NCBI RefSeq assembly: GCF_018977255.1
Contig: NW_024704743.1
Span: 115,880,001 to 115,944,000 of the forward strand
Length of the DNA: 64,000 nt
Direction of reading: 5' to 3'
Source: Callorhinchus milii
Taxonomy: Eukaryota
Part shown: positions 25,701 to 40,700 of the stretch, piece after piece
Layout: every line of letters begins with the position of its first letter
Position numbering within the stretch: the stretch's first letter is position 1
Position numbers and translations under genes: made by a program
Notes under the pieces: generated by a model
Told to the model about the DNA's origin: nothing
The model's database searches: none
Seen by the model: only the letters and a program-made list of their open reading frames with translations

Positions 25701-28700
25701 AACAACAAGCTGGGGAGGGGGAAGAAAGTGAGTGTGTGTGTGTATGTGGGGGGGGGGGGGGGGGAGAAAGAGGACAGGTGACCAAAAGCACGGTAGAAAT
25801 GATAGTTTCTCTTGAAAGCTAATATGGATTCAGTCTTGACCAGCACACCCAGCAGGGCATTCCACGTCCTAAAAAATTCCTCCTGACCTCCTGCATTGCT
25901 AATTATCTTAAATGATGCCCTCTAAGTCACCAGCGATGTTCTGGACTCTGTTTTACCTCTTCGGGAATATCAATGAGGAAACACAGGCATTCCTGAAGCA
26001 ATGCAACCATGTGTTTCTGGTCAGCCGGGTGTCTTACACACACACACACACATACTGAAGCCCATCGTCATGCCTAAGAGTATCCAATCTAAACTACTGG
26101 GAGTTTGATCCACTAATGTATGGAAATTTCCATACTGGAAGAATGGAATGCAGACTTTCCCTGGAGGGACACACCCAATTTATCTAATCCCAGAGAACAT
26201 TAGGCACAGGTTGTTGAGAGCCATGGCTTGGGAGACCTCAAAGTGTGCATTGGTGTAACCCAATGCAGGTTTGCCCTGATCACTTTCAGGATAAGAACTC
26301 CCGATAACTAACTGTGGCAAAATCACATCCCGCTGCTTGTTGCTTCTACGGAGGGGAAGGAGTTAAAAAAAATTGTGTGCTGGAGATGGTGGGGGTCGAG
26401 GAGCAACCAAAACGGCAACAGAGGAATTTTTTCAATATGCTTAGATTGAAACACGTGTATGTGGTCATGTGCACACAAACACACACCCAAAATTGTTTTG
26501 TCTCTATTCCAGATTCCCAGACAGATCTGTGGCAGCCTACAATGGTTTTGGGCACACAGTAGACTAGCAATTGATGTGTGCCCACTAGATTCTTACAGCA
26601 CTAAGCCAGGAGGAGGGTTTGAACTGAATCTTCCCACCGCTGAGTGCAAATGAAGCGCAAAACTGCTGAATAATGTGAGGGGCTGGTGAGAGCGAGCTGC
26701 TCACGGCAGGTCCTTAAGGCTTCGCACGGCTGACTCACAACAAGGGGCTGCATCGAACGCAAAACCCAACTCAAAATAAAGTGCATCGAAGGCGGCTTGG
26801 AGCAGCAGAGGAGATCGGCCAGGGTTTTAAGGAACAGGGAAAAAAAAGCAAGTTTTGCCGGCAATTCACAGCAAGTCAATCAGCATGTGACAGGCATGTT
26901 AATGTTTCGAGTGAAACGTTGCGGCTGTCTTGTCTAGCCTATTCTTTACTGTTCTGGCTAGCAAACATCATCTGCCGCCTTTTCCGTCTGATTAGACAGG
27001 CTTTTCGCACTTCTTTGTACTCCCTACTCCACCAAACACTTGCTCACAAACACACACACACACAAACATGTAAAGACACTCAAGAATCCTCGGAAGACGA
27101 TATTCTTTCTGGGTCTACTTTGAAATACATAAAACCGGCAACAAAAGTAAGGCTGAATTTAAGAATTATCCAAAATTTGCAAAACGTGATAAAATAAAAT
27201 TGGAAACTGCTGACAATTGATCTCTTTGCAGCAAACCTCTGTCTGAAGAGGACTGGGCTTCTTCTCGTGCTGATGCCTTTCTGGTGCAAAAGGCGGCTGC
27301 GTTTGCCAACAAAAAACAGCCACTACACTTGACAGTAATTAGTCTAGAACAACAATTTGCTTTTATATAGCATCCTTCATACTGGGTAGCATCTCGGAGT
27401 GCTTAACAACAACAAGATTATTAATTATGATTATTAAAAATGGGCATTTCGCTATAAATATAGGTCAATTCACTTTACAGCATATTCTGTGCTTTGAGAC
27501 GTCGAGAAGACGTGAAAAGCGCTATATCAAATGCAAGGACTATTATTATTATTACCTTTGTATAGCACCTTTCACATCGGGAGGACATCACAAGGCGCTG
27601 GACAGCATTTCAGACCAGAGCTGGGGTCAGGGAGGGAGAAGGGAGCGGAGGGGAAGGGGGGTGGCCGATGGCATGGTCAAAGAGGAGGATTTTGAGGCGG
27701 GACTTGAAGGAGGCTACGGAGGGGGTGAGGCGGAGTGATTGGGGGATGGAATTCCAGAGGTCAGGGGCAGAGGGCTGAAGGCTCTCCCGCCAATGGTGGA
27801 GCAAGTGGGTCGGGGGACTTGGAGCAGGCCAGAGCCGGCTAAGCGGAGGGAGTGGGCAGGTTGGTAGGGAGTTAGGAGGTCGCAGAGGTAGGGTGGGGCG
27901 AGGCCATTAAGGGCTTTGTAGGTGAGGACCAGGATCTTGAAACGGAGATCGGGCAAGAGTGGGGGAGATGGGGTCACAGAGTTTGGTGCGGGAGAGGACA
28001 CGGTCTGCAGAGTTCTGGATTATCTGCAACCTGTGGAGGAAGGAGTTGGGAAAGCCGACAAGCAGGGTGTTTGCATAGTCGAGACTGGATGTGATGAAGG
28101 CGTGAACAAGAGTTTCAGAGGCCTGAGGGGTGAGGTAGTGGCAGAGGCGGGCGATGTTACGATTAACAATGATGTTAACAATGAAGAAGCTCGATACCGA
28201 GGTGAGAGAGCGAGAGGGGAGGTGACTGTAGGCACATTGGAAGAGGAAGGTCTTCGGGTGCGATCTGAAGATTGGCAAAGAAGGGGCAATACGGAGGGAT
28301 TGAGGCAGAGTGCCAGAGTTTGGGGGCGAAGTGGCTGAAAGCATGGTTGCCAGTGGTGGAGTGAAGGGGGCGAGGGACAAATAGGAGGCCAGAGCCAGCT
28401 GAGTTGGGGGAGTGGGGAATAAGCAAGTCAGAGAGGTAGGGCGGTGTCAAGGGCGTGAAGTGATTTGAATACGAGTGTGAGGAATTTGAAAGCACGCTAC
28501 AGTGGCGTTTTGATGTGATAAGCGTTATGTGGCATTTCCATGCTCACCTACTCTATTACTCCGTGCTTCCAAGGTAAACAGGGGTGTCTTGTTGATCTAA
28601 CAGTGATGCCCACTAAAGCGTATCTATAACTGGTGCCAATACCCTGAGGCAACCGCAGCACAAATATGTTCCTCCTCAGCTTTGCTCCCCTGCCTCTCCC

Positions 28701-31700
28701 CTCTCTGCTCCACACGCATATTTAACGGTTACCACAAGATAAGGTGAACAGACATTTGGACTGCAGGCTGCTAATCTGCTCCAGAAATCCCCTCTGGCAG
28801 TTATGTGAAGAGTTTGACATGGGATGCCTAACCCTTTGATACCCCCAAGTTGATCAGATAAGAAGGAATAGAAATAATACTTGCATTTTATTTGGCATTT
28901 CATCACATCAAAACATCTCAAATGTTTCACATGATTTTCTATAAAATATAACGACTGCATGGATTTAGTAGGCATACTTGGCAGCCAATTCGCCAACAGC
29001 AAAGTGTCACAAACAACCTGAGGTGAATTAGCAATTTTATCTGGAGGATAGTCAGCCAGGAAACTGGGAGAAACTCTTGGTCTCTTTTCAAATAATGCCA
29101 TGGAATTTTTAAAGTCAACCTGAACAGACAGACGGGACCTCGATTTAACTTCTCCTCTGAAAGAGGGAGAGTCTGCCAATGCAATGCTACTCCAACACTG
29201 CACTAGAGTGTCTGCCTGGACTATGAACTCAAACTTCGTGGAACCTGAACCCACAATTTTCTGACAATGGGAGGAAAGTGCTAACAATCTGAGCCAGGCT
29301 GACTGACACTGAAGGTCACAGTAAAGGGAAAGCACTCCATATCCCGTTGAGTAGGCAGGAAGGCATGTGACCTGCGCTCAGAGCTTAGACAATACTTCTC
29401 TATATCTAGTCTCCAGATGTGCACGACTTACTCAGGGGATTCTCCTGAGTGCAAGTACCTCCGAGCAGGGAGGGGGAATGTGAGGATGAGAGGCGGAAGA
29501 GTCTGAGTTCCCCAAAGTCCTCTGAGGGTATAACCCGAGAAGAAAGCTAATGGGGTCCTCGGTCTCATAAATAGGGCCAATACAATATAAAACCAAAGAG
29601 GTGATGTTTAATCTGTACAAATTGTTACTTAGACCAGAATAGAGCACTGTGTCCAGTTTTGGTCATCTCATTTTAGGAAAGAAGTCTGGACCATAGAGAA
29701 GATGGAGAGGAGATTTACTGGGATGAGTATTTTGACACATTGGCAGAGACTGGAGCCTATTCTTATTGAAACAGGAAAGATTCAGGAGAGACCTAATATG
29801 AGGTCTTTAAAATGAAGAGAGGCTTTGATAAGAGTTGATAGGGAGCAATTATTTTCACTGATCGGTGTGTCAATGATTAGTGGATATCAACTTAAGATAA
29901 TTAACACAAAAGATCAAAGGGGGAGATTTTAAGGTTTTTTTTACACACAAGAGAGTTGTTAGGATGTGCAATGTTCTGCTGGGTACAGTGATCGAGGCAG
30001 AATCCATGTGAGCTGGCAAGAGGGAACTAGATAGATATCTAAAAATGTTAATGATTTGCAGGGAGATGGAGAAAAGTCAGTTACTTCCGGTCTCTTAAAA
30101 AAGAAACCCAGTTTCTAATTTAAGATTAAATAGGAAAATTTTCAACAATTTAGCGCCATCTTAAATTTCAAGACAAATTTGGACTAACAGGTTAAGACTG
30201 GGTAAAATGTTGAGCCCCAGGTCAAAACAATACTGCAAACAAATCTGCAAAGAGACCGTGAACATTACATGTTAAACTTCTCCATTCCGCAAGTGCAAGG
30301 GAATTTGTGTGTGAGCAAGTGCTACCACAACACAGTTTTTGTACGGTGCCAACTCATACCAAATAAAATTGGTCATTCACTCCTTGGCTGTTTGAGGGAC
30401 ATTGCTGTGCATAAACTGGCTGCTGTGTTTGCTCAGAAAACAGTCACTCCACTTTACAATATATCCTGTGAAGCATTTTGGGACATCCTGCTAACGAAAG
30501 GCGATATACCAAATGCACGATTATTATCAACCCAACAGACAGCAATTAGCCTGAAGTATCCCTCAGGACACTTGTTCGGAAATAATAATAACGTAGTTAG
30601 GATGAATGGTGTTTGTCTGCAAACACACTGTAACTACAGTTTACAGTATATCCTGTGAGACATCCTCCCAACGTGAAAATACTATATCAAATGCAAAGAT
30701 AACAATGGTCTGTTTCTGTGGAGTATCACTCCGTGTAACTCTATGAAACAGGACACACTAACCATTCAGAAAGGACAGCATTGCGAATGAAACAGTTCTC
30801 CCTATTTCTCTTCTTACCCACAATTTTCCGTGCTCACCCCCACCCCACCAAGGAAAGTTATCTGGTACCGATTAACCTGATTCTCTGCAGCGATAAGTTC
30901 AAGAAACAGGCCTGCTTCATTCTCATATTTGTTTACAATAACAACAGTCACTACGCTTCAAAGCAATTCTTACGTGAAGCTCTTTGCGATGGGTAGACAC
31001 GATAGAGTGCTGTATCCATTGCAATAGTTATTATTGCAAGTTAACATAATAAAAATAAATCCTTGCATTCGATATAGCGCTTATCATGTTTTCCAGACAT
31101 CTCAATGTGCTTCACAGACTATACTGTAAATTGAATTGACTTTATATTTTGTGAGGGAAACACAGCAGCCAATTGCGTACATCAGTGTCCCACAAGCAGT
31201 CGTGGATTGAGTGACCACCTTATTATTATTTTATTCATGTATTTTTGTTGAAGGGATTATTTCATTATTATATGAAAAGTCAATGTTATCTTGGCATCAC
31301 ACACAATATCCCCCACCAATATATGCCAGAGTCGGGCTACTTTTCCTCTATTGTCAGTAAGTTGTAGTTACACTAGTAGGAGCGCTAACAGGGTTAGTTA
31401 TCTTTTATTTCTAAGGTCTGTTCCTCAGAGAGATGAGACATTTGTGCAAAGGTTTCCCCATTACAATGACAACTAAAATATTTATATACAAAAAATATAA
31501 TTGCCATAGCAGCGATAAACCACGCTTTGGCTTGCAAAACAATATCATAATTTAAGGTGGCCAAAAAGGCGGCAGTTTGTGTCCACTACTCTAACGTCCC
31601 TTCTTCTTTATCTTCCAAAAACAAAACGATGTTGGAATAGCTTCCTAAACTGGTGGAATATAGAGCACTGTGTGGATATTGCATGGTCAGAGGCACGGTT

Positions 31701-34700
31701 AAGTGACCACACTCCAGAATGCTAACGTGCTCAGCTCAATTCCTCGCCAGTCTAGTTCCCAAACCAACGTTGGGCTGACTGACGGATGGAATATCCTTGA
31801 AACACTGAGGGTTTTGGGACAGTGCTAAGCTAGTTGCACTGAGAAGCTTCCAAATACAAGTAGCGAATGACCGGGCTTGTGATGAACGGCTGGCATGGGT
31901 TCTACTGAGCAGACTTTTCCACGTTCCTTTTTTAAGGATTTAGGTTTTAAAGCACCTTCAATGCCTCTAAAAGGTCTGCCAGCATCACCAGTTGTGGCTG
32001 CTTGCAAGGAAGCAAACACTTACTCTCTGTAAAAGATTATTATTATATTTTTATTATTATTTTAATTTGAAGAGATCATTCCCACCCCCCCCAGAAAACT
32101 GATCCGCCAATCAACTTACAGCTGGCTTCCTACTTACTGCGAGGTAACCAGAGGCTTGTGGGGTAAGGAAACTTGCCCAATGTTTCACCCTGCCTAGGAA
32201 TCGAACTCAGGTCTCTCGCTTGCGAGTCGAGTGCTCTAACCACTAAGCTATGGATAGCTGTGTGTGGCTTTAAGAAAGCAAGGGAGAGAGAGACAGAATG
32301 AGTGAGAGTGGGAATGAGAGGGAAAGAGAACAAGTGAGAGAACAAGAGCAAGAGACGAGTAAGAATTAGAGTGAAAGCAAGAGCAAGAGAACAAGAATTG
32401 GAGTGAAAACTGAGTGAAAGTGAGAGCGAGAGAGAATGAGCAATCAAGAGGGAGAACAAGACGGAGAACAAGAAAAACAGTGTGTGTGTGGGTGGTGGTG
32501 GTGGTGGTGGGGGGGGGGAAAAGAAAAGGAAGATCAAGATACAAACAACATCAGCACAGCCAACAAACTGCCCAGTAGGAGGAAAACTACATGTAAAGTG
32601 TTAAACCAGCTTCACAAAGACTTTTACATCTGAAAATTGCTGGTTGTTACATTTCTAAGCTATCAGCTCACTCACTACCCACACTGCTGTAGGAACAGCA
32701 CAGGAGAGTCCCTGAGCTGCTAACGCTGGCGAATTGCATCGTCAGCAAATTCTCGTACAAGTTATATAGACACATAGAAAGATACAGCCATTCGACCCAA
32801 CTAATCCATGCTGGTCAGTGGTTATAATCCACACAAGCCCCCCCCACGCCTCCTATTCCCTTCACCTGTACCCCTATATCCTTCTCCCCCTATGTATGCC
32901 ACAAGTGAACTGATTGCTGCGTATTGCACATTTTTGTACACTGTACATACTCCAACCCTTCTGGCTTGCCTGAGAGACGCATCTCTGAAGCTGCGAGTAA
33001 GTATTTGTTCTACTCATAAATGTATGGTCGTCTTGGTGATTTACGTTCAAAGTGCAGCAGAAAAGTAAAATAAAATGAAACTCCTCTCTCACTCCCAAAC
33101 TTATCCCCCTTTATCCCTTCTCCTTGAGAGCAGACTCATGGTGAGGTCTGCTTCCAATCTCTGTACCTGAGCCCTGTTCCCGTCAGTGGGTCTCGGCGCT
33201 AATTGACCAGAGGGCAGCGTGAGGGTGTAGTGTGTGTATGAATCCAATTTGGCCCTTACTTGAAACCCATTGCATACACTTCTCAACTGGGCTTAATGGA
33301 AACCCCACATGGATCAAAGTCTGGACATGCAGCATTCCACCAAGAGTCACTGATAAAAAGTATATGTGGGGCATGGACTGCCCTCACCGACTCTGCACTC
33401 TTGGAAAGTATGGATGAAAAACATAGAGTCTATGCTGATACCTATTGCGCAGACACACGAACAATAATAATAATGATCCTTGTATTTGATATAGTGCATC
33501 GTCACATTAAAACATTTCAAAGTGCATCACAAGAGGTATTCTGTAAAGCGTGGTGACTATAGGTTTGCAGGCAAGAACTCCATTACTGACAAGGAGGGCT
33601 CTGAAGGAATCTTGATTAAATAAGCTTCAATCCGTACTGCCAGCTGGGATACCCCGAGCAAGTCAAATCAGCATCAGATGGTCTGTCTTTTCCTACGTGC
33701 AAACCAGCTCTCATTCTAAGATTGCCAACCGGTTCGGGACCAAACATGTTTCAAGTTGCCTGCTGTGCGACACAAGTTTACAGTGTGACCAACTGCTCCG
33801 GTGGCTCTGGGAAAAGCATGTTAGCTCTCTGCACTGCGCTGTTTGGATAGAGTATAAACAGCAGCCAGACTGGATGGGCCGAATAGCCTGTTACTGAACT
33901 GTACCTTCTATGAATCTATGATCTTAACCCCAAACATCGACATAATAATAATATTAACAATTGTTACATTTGATACACTACCTTTCATGTCAGAAGGACA
34001 TCTGAAGGATCTTCACAGGATTTACTGTAATAATAATCCCTGCATTTTATATAGCACCTTGTTGCTTCTTCGAGACGTCTCAAAGCGCTTCACAGAATAT
34101 ACAGTAAAGTAAATTGACTATATTGTATTTTGTAAGCGAATGGGGTAGCCAATTTGCACGCAACAAGTTGGGCTAATAGCCCATGGCCAACCCATGTTTA
34201 AAAGTCATGAAAGGTGTAATAATTCTATTTGAAAATGATAGAAAGACTATCTCCCTAATCTCTGAAACTACCTGCCTTTGTCTCGCCACCTCGCCCCTCT
34301 CTTTATCTACCTTCAAGTCCTACCTTTGACTGTAAATTTGGTCACCTCCCCTCCCCCCTTGCTCTGATTTACTCCGAGACGCTATCATGGGTGAAGGGCG
34401 CTATGCATATGCAAGAGCACCAATAAAGTCACAAAGCGCCATTATGGAGAGTTGTTGTCAAGCACGATGATCAAATTACGTAAGGTACTGTTCCACAACA
34501 GCCACAAAGCGGTTGATCAATTTAACTGCAGGACTGTTGACCAGGATACCAGGATAAATTCTCTTCTATAAAGGAGCCACCAATGTATGCACAGAAATGT
34601 TCAGATTTGATGACAGCGTATTATCCGCCTCCTCGCTCTCTACCTTTTTGCCCCACCAGATATTTGCTATTCTGGGTTTTGTATCAAACCCATAATGTAA

Positions 34701-37700
34701 TGCTTTATGTTCCCAATATAATCTGTGGTAGAAACAGTTTTAACTGCTCCCTCCCACCTTATTGCTTCCTTCATGCACACAAAATGATTAATTTCCCCAA
34801 TGAAATTTACAATCACTGCACTTAACAGTAAATCTTGCGAAAGACTGTGAGACCTCCTATCAAGGATTATTATTGTTAGAATTATTATTATTATTATGTC
34901 TTATCTACACGTAATGGGATCTTGACCATATAATGGTAGGATAGAAAGACTACAGCTAATTCAAGTAAACTGAAGTACAATTCTTGCAAACAAAACAAGT
35001 GGTGAAAGGCCCATTCGAGAACCTATTTCAGCTGAACCAACTTGGGTTGAAGTTGGTCTCAGTCATAACATTTAACACTGAGTCACTGTACTCCTGGAGT
35101 AATCCATCTTTCAAGGAAATGAAGTACAGATGGTTTGCTGCACTGGTTACTTGTAGTCAAAGCCGCAGAAATATCTTGGGAGTCTAGATCATTATCATAT
35201 ATTAGATCAAAAAAAAAAATCCACAGAGGCATTTCCTTTGGTGATTAAAGCTTTATGTGATAGGAGATGATGGCAGAGCAGGACACAGCAAGGTCTAAAC
35301 AGTCTGAATATTCCCTGATTGAAACAATCTCTTTAAAGAGAACCTGGTGACAGACTATGGTTAAAAAGGAGCAGCAGCAAAGCTTGGCAAATGAAAAAGT
35401 GGTCAAGGGAGACCTGGCTTGGATTTTAGCTTTTGGAGGGGAGGGAAGACTGAGGACATTAAGAATCTCCACAAAAGTGAGGATCTGACATAATGAATGA
35501 TGGTGTTAGACAGTTTGGATTTCAATTCATCACTGTTCACGTACATGGGACTTTTCCATTCGCCGCACAGAACAAAACGTATTCTTTACTTTTCAGCAAT
35601 GGGAGGAGGGCCTGTAATTCCACCTGGTCGTCACCTACAAGGCCATTCTGGCTGAAGATTAAAAAGCCCTCACAAATGCATAAAACGTGTACCATTTTTG
35701 TCCAATCTTTAATTGGATAAAATCTTCAGTTTTAGGACAAAATGAACAGGCTGCAGACTAAGAGCAAGTGGAATTTTGGACCATAGATAGGTCAAGCTGT
35801 GGATGAACTTCATAGCGAGCTAGGGTTTTCTGGCACAAAAGAGGAAACCAGCGACTTGAGGGGCTCGTTGACTGGTCTCCGATTCTGGTTTCTGTTTGGG
35901 GAGAAAACAAAATCACAGGCGCAGGGAACAAATTTATATCAGGGCCTGAACTGCAATATGCATGAAGGAATGTCACAAAGGAATTTTATCTGGATCTAAT
36001 CAATAGTTCATCAACTTTATTACAATTGCTGACTCAAAGCTAAATGCGTACAGATTGACAATTTAGATTAAAAATCGCAGACGAGACAGCAAGTGCTATC
36101 GTCCATCTGTGGCTGATCAGCAGTATGTTTGAAATGGGAAAGATCTAAAGATCTGCGAAGCCCTCCCTAACAATTTTCTCCACTGAAAATATAAACAGCA
36201 TACAATCTCCTTACCCCCTCCCCAATATATATATATACACACACACACATACACAAAAAAACAATCAATCAACCTAGTCTTAACCTAGACTCTTCTGTTC
36301 TTAAACTGTAAACAAATTTGGAAAATTCTTCAATTAAAAAGAATGGTAAAAAACTGCAAAATGATTCATGTCATTGTAAATTTCAACAACATTAGCCTTT
36401 GCTGCTACAGCGCTGTGAGTTAGAAGTCCAGCAAACGGGAACCCTGGGGATGTTCCACCTGGGTTTAGATAGACTATTTATATAGCATTTCAGAAGGTCC
36501 AGAACTTGACAAATTGTTGAATTCAGTCTTAACCTTCGAGGCATTCAAATTCAAGATCCACGTCCTCACGTTCAAATTCCCTCCACCATACCTCTGCGAT
36601 CTCCTGCAACCCTACTGACCCAGCCGTTACCTCCACTCAGCAAACACTGGCCTGCTTCACATCTCCCGATCCTCCCCACCGTCAGTAGGTGAGAGTTCAG
36701 CCATCCTACCCCTGCTTTCTGCATCCATCCCTCTTCTTTTGCCCCTTTGCTCCCCACTTTTACAAATCACCAGTTAATCAACAGTTCTTTCAGTCATCTT
36801 TCCCACTCAATCCCCCAACTCAGCTTTCTCCCCTCTCCCCCGGCTCAGGTCAGCTGTGTGAACTGCTATGAGACGTCTTCCTGAAAGACACTATATAAAC
36901 GTAAATTGCGTTGTATTGTAAGCCAGTTTTTTTGTAGTTCGTCGGAAGAATTTACAGAAAAGCACTTTCAGAATCAAGGCTCCGTTTTAAGAATTTGCCA
37001 AATTCTGGACACTCTTCTGACTGAAATGCAACACAAATAGAGTCAATCTAGACCCAGGTGGACATTCTCTCTGCGGAAATCCCAATTGGTAAGAAAAAGA
37101 AAGTCTTTTCAAGGACACACTACACTGCGTGTGCCCGATACAAAACGGCAGGTCCTCAAGCTGCAAATTGTTACCCTCGCAAGTGCAACACCTGAAGGCA
37201 CCGTAGTCAATATTTGAAGTAGAGAAAAACAATGCAGTGCAATGGATTGGGCTTAGAAACAGTCTCAGGGCAGTTGTCATTGGACGGCAATACAAAGGCT
37301 ACTTACTCTCTGCCAAACTGTCAGGGTCAAGCATTCCTCATGAAAGCAATCTGTTCTCTTGATTGTGTACATACATTATATGATAAAACTAAAGCAGCAA
37401 CTACGAAGCCATGCCTCCAGCAAATAGATGAAATAACCTGAAGCTTTTTATAGTTATTGTGTGTTGAGTCCATTATTCTAATCATTCGCTCAGAAGAATT
37501 TGCTGCATTTAAATGAACAAACCTATCACTAAATGTTAATAATCCTTGCATAAGATTTGACACATCCTCCCCTTTGAAGGCAGAGGGGATGTGTCCAACT
37601 GATTCACAGCATTTATTGTACTGTATGTGTTTTTGTAGGTCAACATGGCAGTCAATATCTCACAAATAGTGATGAAGTGAATGACCAATTTTATTTGGGG

Positions 37701-40700
37701 GATTGGTGACCAGGACGTGGGGAAAAAATTGTTTGTCTTTTAGAGTAGATCTTTAATGTCCACCTGGACAGGCGGATGGGACCTCGGTTTAGCATCTCAT
37801 CAGAAGGTTAGCATCTCCAACACTGCAGTGCTGTCTCCCCCCCACCCCCATTCCCTCCTCTCCCCCACAGCAGTGAAATTAAACAAAATCATGACCCATC
37901 AACATGATAATGAATCATTCTGAGAGATTAGATTAAAATGGGAATTTTAATAATAATAATTATGAGCCTCATATTTAATATAGCACCTTACATGTCAGGA
38001 GGGCATCGCAAAGCGCTTCTCAGACTATACTGCAAAGCACAATGACTGTTTTGTGGGTGAATACGGCAGTCAATTTGCGCAGAGCAATGTCTCCCACGAA
38101 TTGCCATGAAGTGAATGACCAATTTTATCTGGGGGATTTGTTGCCCAGGACACTGGGAAAAATTCCCTCCTCTTTTTGCATAGTGCCAATGGGATCTTTA
38201 ATGTCCAACCTGAATGGGCAGCCAGGACCTCAGTTTCACTTTTTATTCCTCTGACAGTGCAACACTCCCCCAAGCGCTGTCAGTGTCATCTTTGACTATA
38301 TGAGTTCTAAATCCAACAACCTTCTGACTCAGAGGTGAAAGTGCTACCACCTGAGCCAGGCTGACACACAGCTCGAGAGGGAAGAAAAAGAAGAAGCAAA
38401 GCATCAAAGGAAGGATTTCCATCTGTAAAAGATACAGAGGAATCCGTGTCTTGCTGCTGTAAATTGAGACTCTGTGCGGCTGAAAGCCTCAGAGCGGGTC
38501 TGATGGATATTTGGCTGAAACAAAGCACATTTGCACCTCTCTTCCCGCGGGAACCAGCTCAGCTGAAACTGAAGCAATAGGGCCGGCCGGCTCTTTTGTT
38601 CGAGCAAAGTGACCCTCTGATGGAAGATCCTGGGAGGAAATGAAAGGTCTCTTTCACAGCAAAGGAGCTGAGCTGTTTGATTCAGCTCTTTGTGCAAAAA
38701 AAAGAGGCGTTAAAGTAACCACTGCAGCCACGGATTAAATGAATTGAAATGAATGAAATAAATTCCCGTTGGAAGAGAATACTCTCAAGGAAAAGGGGCC
38801 TTGAATTTGCAGCTTAATGCAACACCCCCCACCACTGCAGGCACCTGTGTGTTAAGAACGGTGTCATCCGCATGCCTGTGTAATGCAGATCACTGCCTCG
38901 CTTAGTTCAACACAATACGTAGAACTCGCTTTTCCTGAAATCTGACCCTATAATTACTCATCTTATTGTCGAAGGACATTTTATTCCTGGCAAGTCAACT
39001 CAAAACTCACACCCCATGAATTCTACAGCACTCTGACTGTCTAGCACTCTAGAGCCACCTGTCTGAACAGATGATGCTTATTCTCATCGTAGAGCTTCCT
39101 TAGGACATTGGGTCAAACTCTGCACCTGAACTTGGGTCAGATCTCGAACAAACATTCTGAGATCTAAAAACCCTCACAAAATCCTGGCCCAAGTCCATTG
39201 TCCTGGCTCAGAGCCTATCGGGCCCTCTCGCAGGAGGACGTTCTTCTGGCTTAGATCCCATCATCTTGGATAGTAGTCTGTTTCCTTAAAATGTAAGATC
39301 TCGGGAGAATTACTAATCGGAACTGCAGGAAACCTGCCTCCAAACAAAGAATGAATTTGAGACATTTCCAAAATCTTGAAATATCTTGATTCTCAAGACG
39401 ATGAGTGATCTTTCTTTAAAAACGAAGATGGTGAGAAATTTCACGCTTTGGGTTCTCAAGGTTCGAGGCGTCCGAGCTTTTTTTACAGAAGACCCAGTAT
39501 CCGCACGTTATGCAAATGGTCTAAATCTGACTCCATTCATTAATTATTTCTTCCTGGCCTTTATAGCGGATGTGAAACCAACTCTGGCTCGCTGCACCAG
39601 TAATACAATTTGACAAGCACGCGGGGTGTTTTTCAATGCATGAACGAAGATGTATCCAAAAATAAAAAGATCGCAGGTTACAAATATTTCCTTCTCTCAT
39701 ATGTTTCGAAGGGGATGTGGGTGTGCTGGGGGTGTTGGGGGGTGGATTATAGTAACAAAGATTCACAACGGAACGACACCTGAAATCCTGCACAATACAA
39801 CCTTGGGCTGATAATTAAGCAGAGCTGTTGCGATGGGTATTACAAGTTATTATCTTTTTAGATGAAACCAAGGAGAAGACAACCCTGCTCGAGATTTCCA
39901 ACTTTAGAAAGGTTCCTGCAATTTTGTACACCAGTGCTTTGCTTCTAATTTGAAGGTCAATAGCTCTTCAAAACTAAAAATAACTTTAAACAACGGAAAA
40001 CAGCTACCACATTGCCACATGAATTTAAGAACTTGTGTACATTAACAAAGGATTTGCAGACCCAACGTAAGGTAATAATCCTTGCATTTGATATAACGCC
40101 TTATCAAGTCTTCGAGACGTCTCAAGGAGCTTCACAGAATATACTGTAAAGTGAATTGACTGTATATCTTGTGGGCAGTAGTTACATTTGTAGATGGTGT
40201 CAAGTGGGGTGGGGTTCTTGTGGAATCAGAGGAGATTGCAAACACCTTACGAAGTGAGCTTGATAGGAGATGTACATGGGCTGACAAATAATGTCCAATG
40301 CAAATACATGCAAGATACTACAAAGTAAGACAGAATAGGAAACACATGTAATTCATAATACTATTCAAAAAGAAGTGAATTTCTCTTCTCCCTTCCTCTA
40401 TCCCCTAAATAAAACTGATTATTCACTTTATGGCTGTTTGTGGGACATCACTGTCCACAAATGAGCTGCCACAATTCCCTGTGAATACAGTCACTACACT
40501 TTACAGTAAATCCGGTGAAGCGCTTTCAGAGGTCCTCCCGATGTGAAAGAAGCAATACCAAATGTAAGGATTATTTTTACTCACACTGTTATCATGATGC
40601 ACAACTGAAAGATGTCAGCCTGGCTTAGATGGTAGCACTCTCACCTCTTGGGAGTCAGAAGGTTGTGGGTTTTGAGCCCTATCTAAAGGACTTTGACCTG

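Noticed and set aside
28676..29335. 219-aa ORF
   Set aside because: Lies across a Deu-SINE; no protein-like features.
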